From: Verrucomicrobiia bacterium
GTDB lineage: Bacteria; Patescibacteriota; Saccharimonadia; Saccharimonadales; JAGQNK01
Assembly: GCA_035489575.1 (NCBI GenBank)
Contig: DATHJY010000009.1
Location: 5,517 to 69,516 of the forward strand
Length of the DNA stretch: 64,000 bases
Direction: 5' to 3'
Below are positions 38,978 to 47,084 of this stretch, in pieces; positions within the stretch are counted from its first letter, which is position 1; each line of letters begins with the position of its first letter. A program made the translations under genes and the position numbers. The notes under the pieces are model-generated. The model had not been told where the DNA came from. It worked only from the letters and a program-made list of their open reading frames with translations, and ran no database searches.

Positions 38978-39700
38978 TTATATATATTGTGCGATCCAGG
39001 TAGTCATATCGTCTATGTCTATGCCGGTGATGGTGTGATTGACCGCGCCGAGGTTGGTCATGGTTGCACCAGTAGCAGTCCCAAAGGCCGTTACAACACT
39101 AGGCACGCAAACAATGTCGTTAGACGAATACCATATACGAATGGGCACCGCTGCAAAAGTGGCAGTATTTACAGCTGGATTAAAATTGGCGGGCGGGGTA
39201 CCGCCGTAGGCTGCAGTCACACTGGGACCCAAACCGGACCGGTTGTTATCGATAATGTCCTGAATATCTACAGCGGGAACATGGAGAACAATAGCAGCTA
39301 CCTTGGAAATGTTAGCCCGTGCCCAATTCAGAACCGTCGTGGCACCCATGGACTGACCCAGCAATATAACCTGATCGGTACGCGCACCCATTTGGCTGTG
39401 AAAATATGTCATGGTGGCGTCCATAGCAGTCATGGCCGTGCTATTGCCCCAAGATATAACGCCTCCTGCATCGGTAGCGATAGCGGGCATGCGGTTAGTA
39501 GACGCCGCGTTGGGCGCAATCAAGCCAGAGATAGGATCTGTAAAGAAATAATCTGCCGTACCACCCGCACCATGTATCAACGCCATGCCAATTTTGGCGT
39601 CTGCATCTAGTGGGTCTAGCCGGTGCCACCACATCACATGACGCTCACCTGAAATATACTGGTCCACGCCGCGTGTCCGACACACCTGTTGGACAGCCAT
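38978..39700 (-). CDS. alpha/beta-hydrolase (esterase/lipase-like), last gene of the fibre cluster
   Basis: HGAGGT oxyanion-like motif and GQSMGA nucleophile elbow. The start lies 5 nt after the fibre-3 stop. Confidence 0.55.
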   Translation of the reverse strand: MAVQQVCRTRGVDQYISGERHVMWWHRLDPLDADAKIGMALIHGAGGTADYFFTDPISGLIAPNAASTNRMPAIATDAGGVISWGNSTAMTAMDATMTYFHSQMGARTDQVILLGQSMGATTVLNWARANISKVAAIVLHVPAVDIQDIIDNNRSGLGPSVTAAYGGTPPANFNPAVNTATFAAVPIRIWYSSNDIVCVPSVVTAFGTATGATMTNLGAVNHTITGIDIDDMTTWIAQYI

Positions 39701-39705
39701 ATTAC

Positions 39706-40386
39706 TTACGCCTCTACGGCTTTAAAGAAGCTAGGCGCAATAGACGTTGCCACAATATTGCCGCTGCCGGACGTAACGTTGGCCACCAAGCGATAAGTAT
39801 CAGGGGTATGAGGAGGTATACGTACTTCTATATAAATCTCTTCCTGCCGAATTGCCGTAGGGATAGTAACCGCGCACGCCTGAATAACTTGCAGCACAAT
39901 CGTACCAGCACTGGGCATTATTCCGACCACGACCCCAGCGCCTGCCGTGTCGTTGGTCACGTGCACTATGGCCGAAAGATATACCGGACGAACAGTATCT
40001 GGCACCGTAACCGACAAGTTGGTGATGTTAGTTACGGCAAAGCCTGGTCCAGCGCCCGTTGTAACAATTCCCAGTTGGTTAGTCGTAATCGCCGCATAGG
40101 CCAGCTCGCGACCAGACGAGTGAACGGCAGCGTCAGCAACGTGAGCGTCAAATGCCGTGGTGTTCGTTTTGGCAGTCAATCCCGGCACCGTTGGACTTGC
40201 AGACGTGCCGCCGAGGTCACCGGTTAATTGGACGACACCCTTAGCAGTCGGTGAAGCGTCGGTGGCGGCACTGGCCACTGCTGCAGTTTTTAGGCTGCCA
40301 TCGGTATTGTGAGCGGCTGCCAAGAAGTCGTTTAGGACGGCGCCCCACGTGTTCTCGTCGCCACCCGGGACTGGAAGTCGTGCCAC
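39706..40386 (-). CDS. fibre-like protein 3 (shared N-terminal module, 226 aa)
   Basis: MARLPVPGGDENTWGAVLNDFL...GVVQLTGDLGGTSASPTVPGL aligns with the N-termini of the ORFs starting at 41781 and 45145. Confidence 0.6.
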   Translation of the reverse strand: MARLPVPGGDENTWGAVLNDFLAAAHNTDGSLKTAAVASAATDASPTAKGVVQLTGDLGGTSASPTVPGLTAKTNTTAFDAHVADAAVHSSGRELAYAAITTNQLGIVTTGAGPGFAVTNITNLSVTVPDTVRPVYLSAIVHVTNDTAGAGVVVGIMPSAGTIVLQVIQACAVTIPTAIRQEEIYIEVRIPPHTPDTYRLVANVTSGSGNIVATSIAPSFFKAVEA

Positions 40387-40455
40387 TGTTTTATTTTCCT
40401 CGCTTACTACTTATGCTTTAGTGTAGCGAATATACCCCGACCTTGTCTAGAAAAG

Positions 40456-40599
40456 TTACAGGCCCAACTCTGCCTTGCGCGCTTCCATCTGCGAGATAAC
40501 TTCTACGCGCCCTTCCTCGGATAGTTTAGCCAGAGTCTCTGGCAGTTGTTGCATTTGTAGTATAAATTCGACTATTTCGGCCACCTGTTTTGGTGTCAT
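40456..40599 (-). CDS. small hypothetical protein (47 aa, absent from the ORF track)
   Basis: ATG at 40599 is preceded by AGGAGG. My translation is MTPKQVAEIVEFILQMQQLPETLAKLSEEGRVEVISQMEARKAELGL. Confidence 0.4.
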   Translation of the reverse strand: MTPKQVAEIVEFILQMQQLPETLAKLSEEGRVEVISQMEARKAELGL

Positions 40600-40614
40600 G
40601 TAAACCTCCTAGAC

Positions 40615-41781
40615 TTACCCATAGGTAATTACTATTACCGTTCCCATTCCGCCCACGCCACCATTACCCCCAACTCCCGCGCCAGTTCCAGCGCCGCCGC
40701 CTGCACCGCCGCCACCGTTGGCACCACCTGCGCCACCAGCACCACCACTGCTACCCGATGTCGTGTGTGAACCGCCACCACCGCCGCCAGAGCCACCATT
40801 AGTTCCTACGCCAGCTACACCAGTGGCACCTACGCCGCCCTGAGAAGTCGAACTAGCTCCGCCAGCCCCCGCGGGTGAAACTCCGCCCGCACCCACAAAA
40901 GCGTTAGGGCTGTTAGCCGCATCGATAGAGCGACCAGGCGCGCCGCCGCCCACATGGCCCGCACCACCAGTAGCTGCAAAGGCACCTGTGATTGCTGCTG
41001 TGCCGCTTCCTACAATCAACGAAGTAGCACCCGGGTTACCACCAAGTCCGGCACCAAAAGCAGTACCGCCAAAACCGCCACCGCCGCCACTTGCTATAAC
41101 GTACGATCCAAACGAAGAGCTACTGCCAACATTAGTACCCGTAGTAGTTGGGTCGGTACCACCTGCTCCACCTGCTCCGACGGTAACCGCTACCGTTCCC
41201 GTCAGGGCATTGGCGTCGAACTGCCCAACCACCACACCACCTGCAGCACCGCCGCCTCCACCCAACCGCACTACGCCAGAGGCAGCCGTTGCGCCCTTGC
41301 CGCCACCGCCGCCACCGCCGATTACAAACACCTCTATTACCTTGGCACCTGCCGGCTTGGTCCAGGTAGTACTGGCAACGTAGGCGTCGTAGGCCAAGAC
41401 ACCTTTTTGATTGAGGGCAGTTTGAGTTGCCGTAGAGATCGGCTTGCCAGCGTCAGATGTATTGTCCACATTTGCCAATCCCACCGCTGACTTATCCAGC
41501 GCCTGAAAGCTTTTGTCACCACGCCAGTAGTGCGCGGTCGTACCAGCCGTGATGGTGTTTTCTTTTCCGGCCAGGCCAGGCACCGTGGGACTGCCTGCAG
41601 TTCCGCCCAAGTCACCAACCAGCTGCACAATACCTTTCTTGGTTGTACTTGCGTCGGATACAGCGTCTTCAACAGCCGTCGGTTTAATAGAACCGTCAGT
41701 ATTGAAAGACTGAGACAAAAAGTCATTCAGCACATCCCCCCATGAACCATCATCACTACCCGGAACCGGAAGCCGAGCCAT
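40615..41781 (-). CDS. fibre-like protein 2 with a glycine-rich C-terminal domain (388 aa)
   Basis: Shared N-terminal module, then TWTKPAGAKVIEVFVIGGGGGGGKG...VTVGAGGAGG and long Gly/Ala/Ser tracts. Confidence 0.65.
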   Translation of the reverse strand: MARLPVPGSDDGSWGDVLNDFLSQSFNTDGSIKPTAVEDAVSDASTTKKGIVQLVGDLGGTAGSPTVPGLAGKENTITAGTTAHYWRGDKSFQALDKSAVGLANVDNTSDAGKPISTATQTALNQKGVLAYDAYVASTTWTKPAGAKVIEVFVIGGGGGGGKGATAASGVVRLGGGGGAAGGVVVGQFDANALTGTVAVTVGAGGAGGTDPTTTGTNVGSSSSFGSYVIASGGGGGFGGTAFGAGLGGNPGATSLIVGSGTAAITGAFAATGGAGHVGGGAPGRSIDAANSPNAFVGAGGVSPAGAGGASSTSQGGVGATGVAGVGTNGGSGGGGGGSHTTSGSSGGAGGAGGANGGGGAGGGAGTGAGVGGNGGVGGMGTVIVITYG

Positions 41782-41917
41782 ATCTACCCCCCAAACTATA
41801 CCCCGTTTTTCTTATGCTTATTCTACGTCCGCAACCACCCGGGTGTCTAGCTTAATAACAATTAAATAATTTCAATTCGCTAAATATGACATAGATATGC
41901 AAAAGAAATGGGTATAA

Positions 41918-42226
41918 CTATCTCTTTTTAGAGGTTGTACCCTCGAGCAGGTCGCAGGTGCGACCATAGACCAAGGGGTTATAGACTTTGCCAACGCGCT
42001 CTTTTATCAATGAGGCTTCTTCCAGGGTCAGGTCCACTTCGTTAGCGCCGTAGAGCCTGGTGCTGAGTGCATATATCTGTGCCATGACGTCTGGCGCAGG
42101 TCGGTCTTTGTCTTCAAAAGCATTTAGAGCCGTCACAAATACCCGGCGATATGTCACAGGTTCGGTACCTTCTACCAATTTTCGGTCTTCGTAATCTGTC
42201 AGTTGGTCAGTAACTTTGATACGCAT
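41918..42226 (-). CDS. hypothetical protein (102 aa) downstream of fibre-like protein 1
   Basis: An ORF with GGAGG upstream. No recognised motifs. Confidence 0.45.
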   Translation of the reverse strand: MRIKVTDQLTDYEDRKLVEGTEPVTYRRVFVTALNAFEDKDRPAPDVMAQIYALSTRLYGANEVDLTLEEASLIKERVGKVYNPLVYGRTCDLLEGTTSKKR

Positions 42227-42268
42227 ATTTGTTCCTCCAAATATATTTAGGATTATACAGCAAGTAGT

Positions 42269-45145
42269 TTAGATAACAGCCCGAGCAACTTCACGCCAGC
42301 CTTGCGTGCCGCCTATTTCGCTCAGCACCAGGGTCAGGCTATCCCCCGCCGTGGCCACAAAGTCTACTGCACCCGCCAACAGAATAGTAATGTTGGTCGT
42401 TGCCGTGGCCTGGGCATGCTTGACAGTAGGGGTAGCAGTAAACAACAAGGTAACCGTTGACCCATTTTGCCACCCGATATTAGACAGCAGATTAACCTGA
42501 GTGGTGCCGGTAATCTCAAAAACGTTACCGTCCGTACCTAGTACCAGGTTGTTGACCGACGCCACGTCTGCCCCCTGGTTGCCAAGTATTCTGCCGTCAA
42601 ACCGGGCCGTGCCAGCATCTACCCATAGCGCAAACGGGCCATTGGTGACCGAAACGTTAGCACCGGCCACGGGCGCCCCGGCGATATACACGCTGGCTAA
42701 GTTGGTAATAGTGCGAACATTGGTGGTAGAAGTCATGGTGGCTACACCAACAGAAATACCATGCTTGTTAACAAGCGTAGCAGTCTGGTTGCCCACGCTA
42801 ATGCTGACCGTCGGAATAAGGAGGCCTATGCTGTCGGTAGAAGCTCCCAAGCCGTTTGCAAGTGCAGGATGAGCAATCCTTGCCCCGACATTTGTAGTGA
42901 GCGCGCCGGTAAGCGAGGCAACATCCAAGCCGTACTGGTTGGTGAAGGTGCCGGCAAATGGGTTTATGACGTCAGTAACCGAATAGGCTGTAAATGACGT
43001 CAGTATGGACAGTGGATTAAAGATAGTAATCCCCGCCTGTACGCCATAAGCATTGGCTATAGTGGATGCACCCGAGTGAACGGTTTGAGTCTTTAGGCCA
43101 TACAGATTCGTGACGTTTCCGGAAGTTCCGTACCCGGGTGAACTAGATATATTAATAAAGTCCGTCAGTCCCCCGGTGCCAGTTGCACTGGTTTCTAGGG
43201 CGAAACCCACTACGCTGGCAATGGTCTTAGCCAATGCGGCGATTGGCTTGATCCAGAGCGGCCTAAAGATGGTGCTGGCGTTCACTCCCCCTACATTCGT
43301 AAAGGAAACGGTACCATCTATCTGAGTAAGGGCGAACTCACCCGCACTTGTTGCAACTGATTCGGTATAGTCGATACCAAACCAGCGAGCAGTATGTGTG
43401 GTGGCACGCAGAACAAACTTGTCAGCGGCAACGACCGACACCGACCCCTTGGTGCCGTTAGTCGTAGAGGCCAGTGTCAGATTCTCTGAGCTGGCAGTTC
43501 CTCCGATAAGCGCCTGGCCACCGGCCCGGCCCGCAAGCAAAGCATACTGAGTGTGGTCATCATCGGTCAGACCAGTGAGCGCCAGGCCGTGGTCCAGCGT
43601 TCCGCCACCGGCAGCGTTTTGGTGATTATGCGTGGCACTGACAAAACTAGCAATAACAGGCGTGGTGAGCGTCGGGCTTGAATACGTACCACCGGTAATG
43701 GTCTTGCCTGTGAAAGTCACTGCCGTAGGAATACCCAGGGTCGGGTTGCCCGCAACGCCATTACCGTCGGTAATAGTAATCTCATTGGCCACGCCCATGA
43801 TAGTTCGGCCAGTAAAAGTATCGGCAGCAGTCTGGGTTACTAAGCCATTGGTGTTATAGGCGGCCAAGGCCGTCAGGGTGGCATCGGTAGCCTGCGCGCC
43901 AATAGTGGCACGGGCGTCGCTGGCATTTACATCATCAATCAGTGACCGTCCAAAGGCAGTCAGGACAATTTCTTCGATATCTCCAGCTCCCGGGGTAGAA
44001 CGCCCCAGCAGCCGATCGGTCGCCGAAACATTCTGGATCTTGGCGTAGGTTACGGCGTCGTTGGCAATAGTGGCCACGGCCGATCCAGCCGTTGCAGTTA
44101 CGTCCCCTCCGGCGAGAGCCGAACGCTGGATGCCGCCAGAACCCGTGAATTCCAGGCCGCCAGAGACGGTTAGTTCCTCGACATCACCCGACGATGCAGT
44201 GTCACGCCCCAGCAACCGGTCTGTAGCAGATACATCTTGGATCTTAGCGTATGTCACGGAGCCATCTTTGACGTCTGCCGTTATGATTGGGGTTGCATCA
44301 TCGTAAATAAAATCAATGGTGGCGGTATCGGTCAGGATAAAGCCCACAGCGTCTTGGGCATCCTCGTTGACATACTGCGTTACAGTAGAAGAAAGCGCAC
44401 CACCTGTTAGCTGTAGCCCCGTACCGATCGTAATCTCTTCGACGTCGCCACTACCTCCTGCACTGCGCCCCAACAGCCGACTCGTTGCAATATTTTGGAT
44501 TTTGGCAAAAGTCACGGCGTCGTTGGCAATAGTGGCCACAGCCGAACCAGCCGTTGCTGTTACGTCTCCGCCAGTCAGGGCCGAACGTTGAATGCCACCC
44601 GAGCCAGTGAATTCTAGCCCACCAGAAACCGTCAGTTCCTCGGTATTGCCGGAACCTGCGGTGTCACGCCCCAGCAACCGGTCTGTTGCAGATATATCCT
44701 GCATTTTTGCATAAGTGATGGAATTGTCATTTACATCGGCGGTGAACGACGGCGAGCTGTCTATGTAGGTCAAGTTCACGGTAACAGTATTGGCCGCCAT
44801 TGCCCCTACTGCATCTTGGGCCATCTCGTCCGTATAGCCACCGGCAGAGGTCTGTGGCTCCCACTGGCTGCCCGCAGAGTTGTATAAAAGGACCTGGTTG
44901 TTGGTGGGCGAAGTCGGAGATACGGCGTGGCCTTGCAGCCCGGTAACTGTTGGCACACTTGCAGTACCACCCAGATCACCCGTGAGCTGCACTATTCCTA
45001 GGGCAGACGGCGAGGCATGGGGCGCGGCACTTCCAACAGCAGACGTCTTAAGCGAGCCGTCAGGATTCATCGACTGCTGCAGGAAATCGTTGAGTATATC
45101 CCCCCAGGCACCATCATCACTACCCGGATTTGGAAGTCGTGCCAC
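42269..45145 (-). CDS. fibre-like protein 1 (958 aa) with an internal 154 aa tandem duplication
   Basis: Shared N-terminal module, repeated xYAKIQxxSATDRLLGRxxxGxGxxEE motifs, and Thr/Gly/Ala/Val-rich beta-type sequence throughout. Confidence 0.7.
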   Translation of the reverse strand: MARLPNPGSDDGAWGDILNDFLQQSMNPDGSLKTSAVGSAAPHASPSALGIVQLTGDLGGTASVPTVTGLQGHAVSPTSPTNNQVLLYNSAGSQWEPQTSAGGYTDEMAQDAVGAMAANTVTVNLTYIDSSPSFTADVNDNSITYAKMQDISATDRLLGRDTAGSGNTEELTVSGGLEFTGSGGIQRSALTGGDVTATAGSAVATIANDAVTFAKIQNIATSRLLGRSAGGSGDVEEITIGTGLQLTGGALSSTVTQYVNEDAQDAVGFILTDTATIDFIYDDATPIITADVKDGSVTYAKIQDVSATDRLLGRDTASSGDVEELTVSGGLEFTGSGGIQRSALAGGDVTATAGSAVATIANDAVTYAKIQNVSATDRLLGRSTPGAGDIEEIVLTAFGRSLIDDVNASDARATIGAQATDATLTALAAYNTNGLVTQTAADTFTGRTIMGVANEITITDGNGVAGNPTLGIPTAVTFTGKTITGGTYSSPTLTTPVIASFVSATHNHQNAAGGGTLDHGLALTGLTDDDHTQYALLAGRAGGQALIGGTASSENLTLASTTNGTKGSVSVVAADKFVLRATTHTARWFGIDYTESVATSAGEFALTQIDGTVSFTNVGGVNASTIFRPLWIKPIAALAKTIASVVGFALETSATGTGGLTDFINISSSPGYGTSGNVTNLYGLKTQTVHSGASTIANAYGVQAGITIFNPLSILTSFTAYSVTDVINPFAGTFTNQYGLDVASLTGALTTNVGARIAHPALANGLGASTDSIGLLIPTVSISVGNQTATLVNKHGISVGVATMTSTTNVRTITNLASVYIAGAPVAGANVSVTNGPFALWVDAGTARFDGRILGNQGADVASVNNLVLGTDGNVFEITGTTQVNLLSNIGWQNGSTVTLLFTATPTVKHAQATATTNITILLAGAVDFVATAGDSLTLVLSEIGGTQGWREVARAVI

Positions 45146-45246
45146 TACTTGTGTCCTATATTTATCCTATTACGTTTACGGTTTATTTTAGTCCTCTCCT
45201 ATGGTTATGTCCAGATACATATAGGCTGCCAGAAGCCGTCAAAACC

Positions 45247-45474
45247 TTAGTTTGCGTTTACAGCAGTGGCGGCATGCGCCTGACCTTTCGGGTACCAATG
45301 CGTTACGGTTGCTTCTGGCGAAAGCGGCTCTACCTGAACTGGCGCTAGTTGATCATCAGCCTCACACTCGACCACACGAAGACCCAAGATCGAACCGAGT
45401 TCGGCCTGGTCTGCTTCTCCAAATTCTGGCTGTGGGGCGGGTTGTAAATCTGGTGATAAGTCTGCTAAGGACAT
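45247..45474 (-). CDS. small acidic hypothetical protein (75 aa)
   Basis: ATG at 45474 is preceded by AGGAG (MSLADLSPDLQPAPQPEFGEADQAELG...). Confidence 0.4.
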   Translation of the reverse strand: MSLADLSPDLQPAPQPEFGEADQAELGSILGLRVVECEADDQLAPVQVEPLSPEATVTHWYPKGQAHAATAVNAN

Positions 45475-45546
45475 CTTTTCTCCTAGTGTGCACAATGTGC
45501 TTATTTTTAATACCACACAAGTATTTATAGGTAATCGAAGTGCCTG

Positions 45547-46149
45547 TCAATTAAAAAAATCTTGCGGAAGGATGTCAATACAGAGGTGTACCGAGTCACG
45601 AACTGTTGTAGTAGAATGAACCACTCCCTCAGGAATAAACAAGCCATCGCCAGGTTCCAAGGCCGCTCCAGCCTCAAACTCTGGGAAACCAAATCTCTTG
45701 CTCCCCTTTAGCTGCACAGCCAGAACGGGATTGCCATCGGGGTGAGGCGGAAAAACAGCATCACCGGTCTCGGATATGTAGACACCCGCAGACACCTCAT
45801 GGGGACTGTACAACTCACCAAGCGCCACCCGCAGGCCATTAACCGCCGCGGACAGCCCTTCCACAGCACCAATGGTATAGCCGCCGTAGGTGCCCTGCCC
45901 CCTGACATCCGTCAGTTCACCTAAGTTTTTAGGGAATATGACCTTGTTTCCTGTCTGCGCAAAATTGCTATTGTACATAGACAGCGTCTGCAGACTCAAC
46001 GCCCTGAGGACCAACGCCTCTTCGTCTTCACAAAAAGCCAGACATTCGCTCACTGTATCAGGGCCAATAAGCTCCTTGAAATGAGTTGGATTCTCGGCAT
46101 GTAAAGCGTTTCTTAGCTCAGAACCAATCACAATAAATTCTACCCCCAT
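45547..46149 (-). CDS. cupin / JmjC-like putative Fe(II)-dependent oxygenase
   Basis: An HPD...H arrangement (FPPHPDGNP ... FIPEGVVHSTT) in a beta-rich ~200 aa protein. The tracked N-terminus overlaps tRNA-Leu, so Met28 is used as the start. Confidence 0.5.
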   Translation of the reverse strand: MGVEFIVIGSELRNALHAENPTHFKELIGPDTVSECLAFCEDEEALVLRALSLQTLSMYNSNFAQTGNKVIFPKNLGELTDVRGQGTYGGYTIGAVEGLSAAVNGLRVALGELYSPHEVSAGVYISETGDAVFPPHPDGNPVLAVQLKGSKRFGFPEFEAGAALEPGDGLFIPEGVVHSTTTVRDSVHLCIDILPQDFFN

Positions 46150-46187
46150 AAAAAACAGCCCGAAAAACGAGCCTTTAAATAATGTTC

Positions 46188-46273
46188 TGGTGCGCGGGGC
46201 GGGAATCGAACCCGCAAGCCTTGTGAGCACGACATTTTAAGTGTCGCGTGTATACCAATTCCACCACCCGCGC
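46188..46273 (-). tRNA. tRNA-Leu (anticodon TAA), class II, CCA encoded
   Basis: Hand fold: acceptor GCGCGGG/CCCGCGC, anticodon loop CT-TAA-AA, long variable arm, T-arm GCGGGTTCGATTCCCGC. Confidence 0.9.
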
Positions 46274-46286
46274 TTATCCTGCCGTA

Positions 46287-46676
46287 TTATAACAAAGCTG
46301 CTAGCTCTTGAGGTGTTTTAATCACTTTATCAATCAAGGCGTCACGGCATGGATCGCCCGTCTTGCCCGACAAAGCAAACACCGGCTTAGCCAGAGCAGT
46401 CGCATAGGCCATTTCCATGGTCACGCTTGTGCCTACATAATCGTCTTTATTATAGACAAAGCACACCTCGCTTTTCCTGATCCAGTCAAAATGCTCCAGG
46501 GTCAAACCCTTAAATAATTTCGAGGTAGCGTAATCAGACCCCACCTTTTCGTGCTCAAAGATTGGCTGCTGGATACTAGGCTCGAAAACCAGTACGCCCA
46601 AGTCCTCTAACTTTTTGCAAAAATCTGCAATTTCTTTTTTATAACGCTTAGATCCACAAACAACGACAGATTTCAT
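46287..46676 (-). CDS. hypothetical protein, possibly nucleoside 2-deoxyribosyltransferase-like
   Basis: 129 aa with a Rossmann-like start (MKSVVVCGSKRY). The family assignment is tentative. Confidence 0.35.
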   Translation of the reverse strand: MKSVVVCGSKRYKKEIADFCKKLEDLGVLVFEPSIQQPIFEHEKVGSDYATSKLFKGLTLEHFDWIRKSEVCFVYNKDDYVGTSVTMEMAYATALAKPVFALSGKTGDPCRDALIDKVIKTPQELAALL

Positions 46677-46696
46677 AAACAGTACCCCTCATAAAA

Positions 46697-46770
46697 TGGA
46701 GGTGCGTACGGGTAACGCTCCCGTCTACTGGGTTTTGCAGACCCATGCCTAACTTCTCGGCCAACGCACC
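46697..46770 (-). tRNA. tRNA-Cys (anticodon GCA), CCA encoded, non-canonical T-loop
   Basis: Acceptor GGTGCGT/ACGCACC, discriminator U73 (typical of Cys), anticodon loop CT-GCA-AA. The T-loop reads AGCGTTA instead of TTCRANY. Confidence 0.7.
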
Positions 46771-46861
46771 ATATTCCGGGAGTATTCTACCAAAAATCGC
46801 CTTGGCCTCCTATTGGCCTTGTTCAAAACCGATCCAATGAGGTATAATTTCACTCTGTTAA

Positions 46862-46937
46862 GCGGGTGTAGCTCAGTTGATAGAGCGCTTCCTTGCCAAG
46901 GAAGAGGCCAGGAGTTTGAGTCTCCTCACCCGCACCA
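46862..46937 (+). tRNA. tRNA-Gly (anticodon GCC), CCA encoded
   Basis: Acceptor GCGGGTG/CACCCGC, anticodon loop TT-GCC-AA, D-loop AGTTGATA, T-loop TTTGAGT. Confidence 0.9.
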
Positions 46938-46940
46938 GGA

Positions 46941-46972
46941 AAAATACCCCGGCTTTAGTCGGGGTATTTTTC
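46941..46972 (+). terminator. rho-independent terminator after tRNA-Gly
   Basis: AAAATACCCCG-gctttagt-CGGGGTATTTT followed by a T-run. Confidence 0.6.
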
Positions 46973-47084
46973 TTGATCTATGGTTGATCTGGCTCAAACT
47001 CGGTGCCCGTAGGGCAAGTTTGTTAATCAAGGCCACGCACAGGAGCGTGGCTAAACAGCACGGCTGCAGATTTGCCCTGCCCCT

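Noticed and set aside
39562-39572. An 11 bp match (CACCCGCACCA) to the tRNA-Gly 3' end, considered as a second att site bracketing the fibre cluster.
   Set aside because: It lies inside the alpha/beta-hydrolase CDS and on the wrong side of the tRNA for a 3'-end integration. It is short enough to be chance in GC-rich DNA. It is kept only as a caveat on the 47085-47096 repeat.
40954-41726. Antisense and alternative-frame ORFs (40954-41490 +, 40988-41383 +, 41337-41726 -) over the glycine-rich gene.
   Set aside because: Poly-Gly (GGN) coding DNA gives open Pro/Ala/Thr-rich frames on both strands. The minus-strand frame carrying the conserved MARLP N-terminal module is the supported gene.
42269-45145. 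A diversity-generating retroelement targeting the fibre C-terminus.
   Set aside because: No reverse transcriptase gene or template-repeat/variable-repeat pair with adenine-specific differences is visible in the window. The only internal repeat is the in-frame 462 bp duplication.
38978-46149. An intact or cryptic prophage containing the fibre genes.
   Set aside because: No capsid, portal, terminase, tape-measure, baseplate, lysis-cassette or integrase genes occur in or next to the cluster. The flanks are htpX-lemA on one side and cupin/tRNA-Leu on the other. A highly degraded remnant cannot be excluded.
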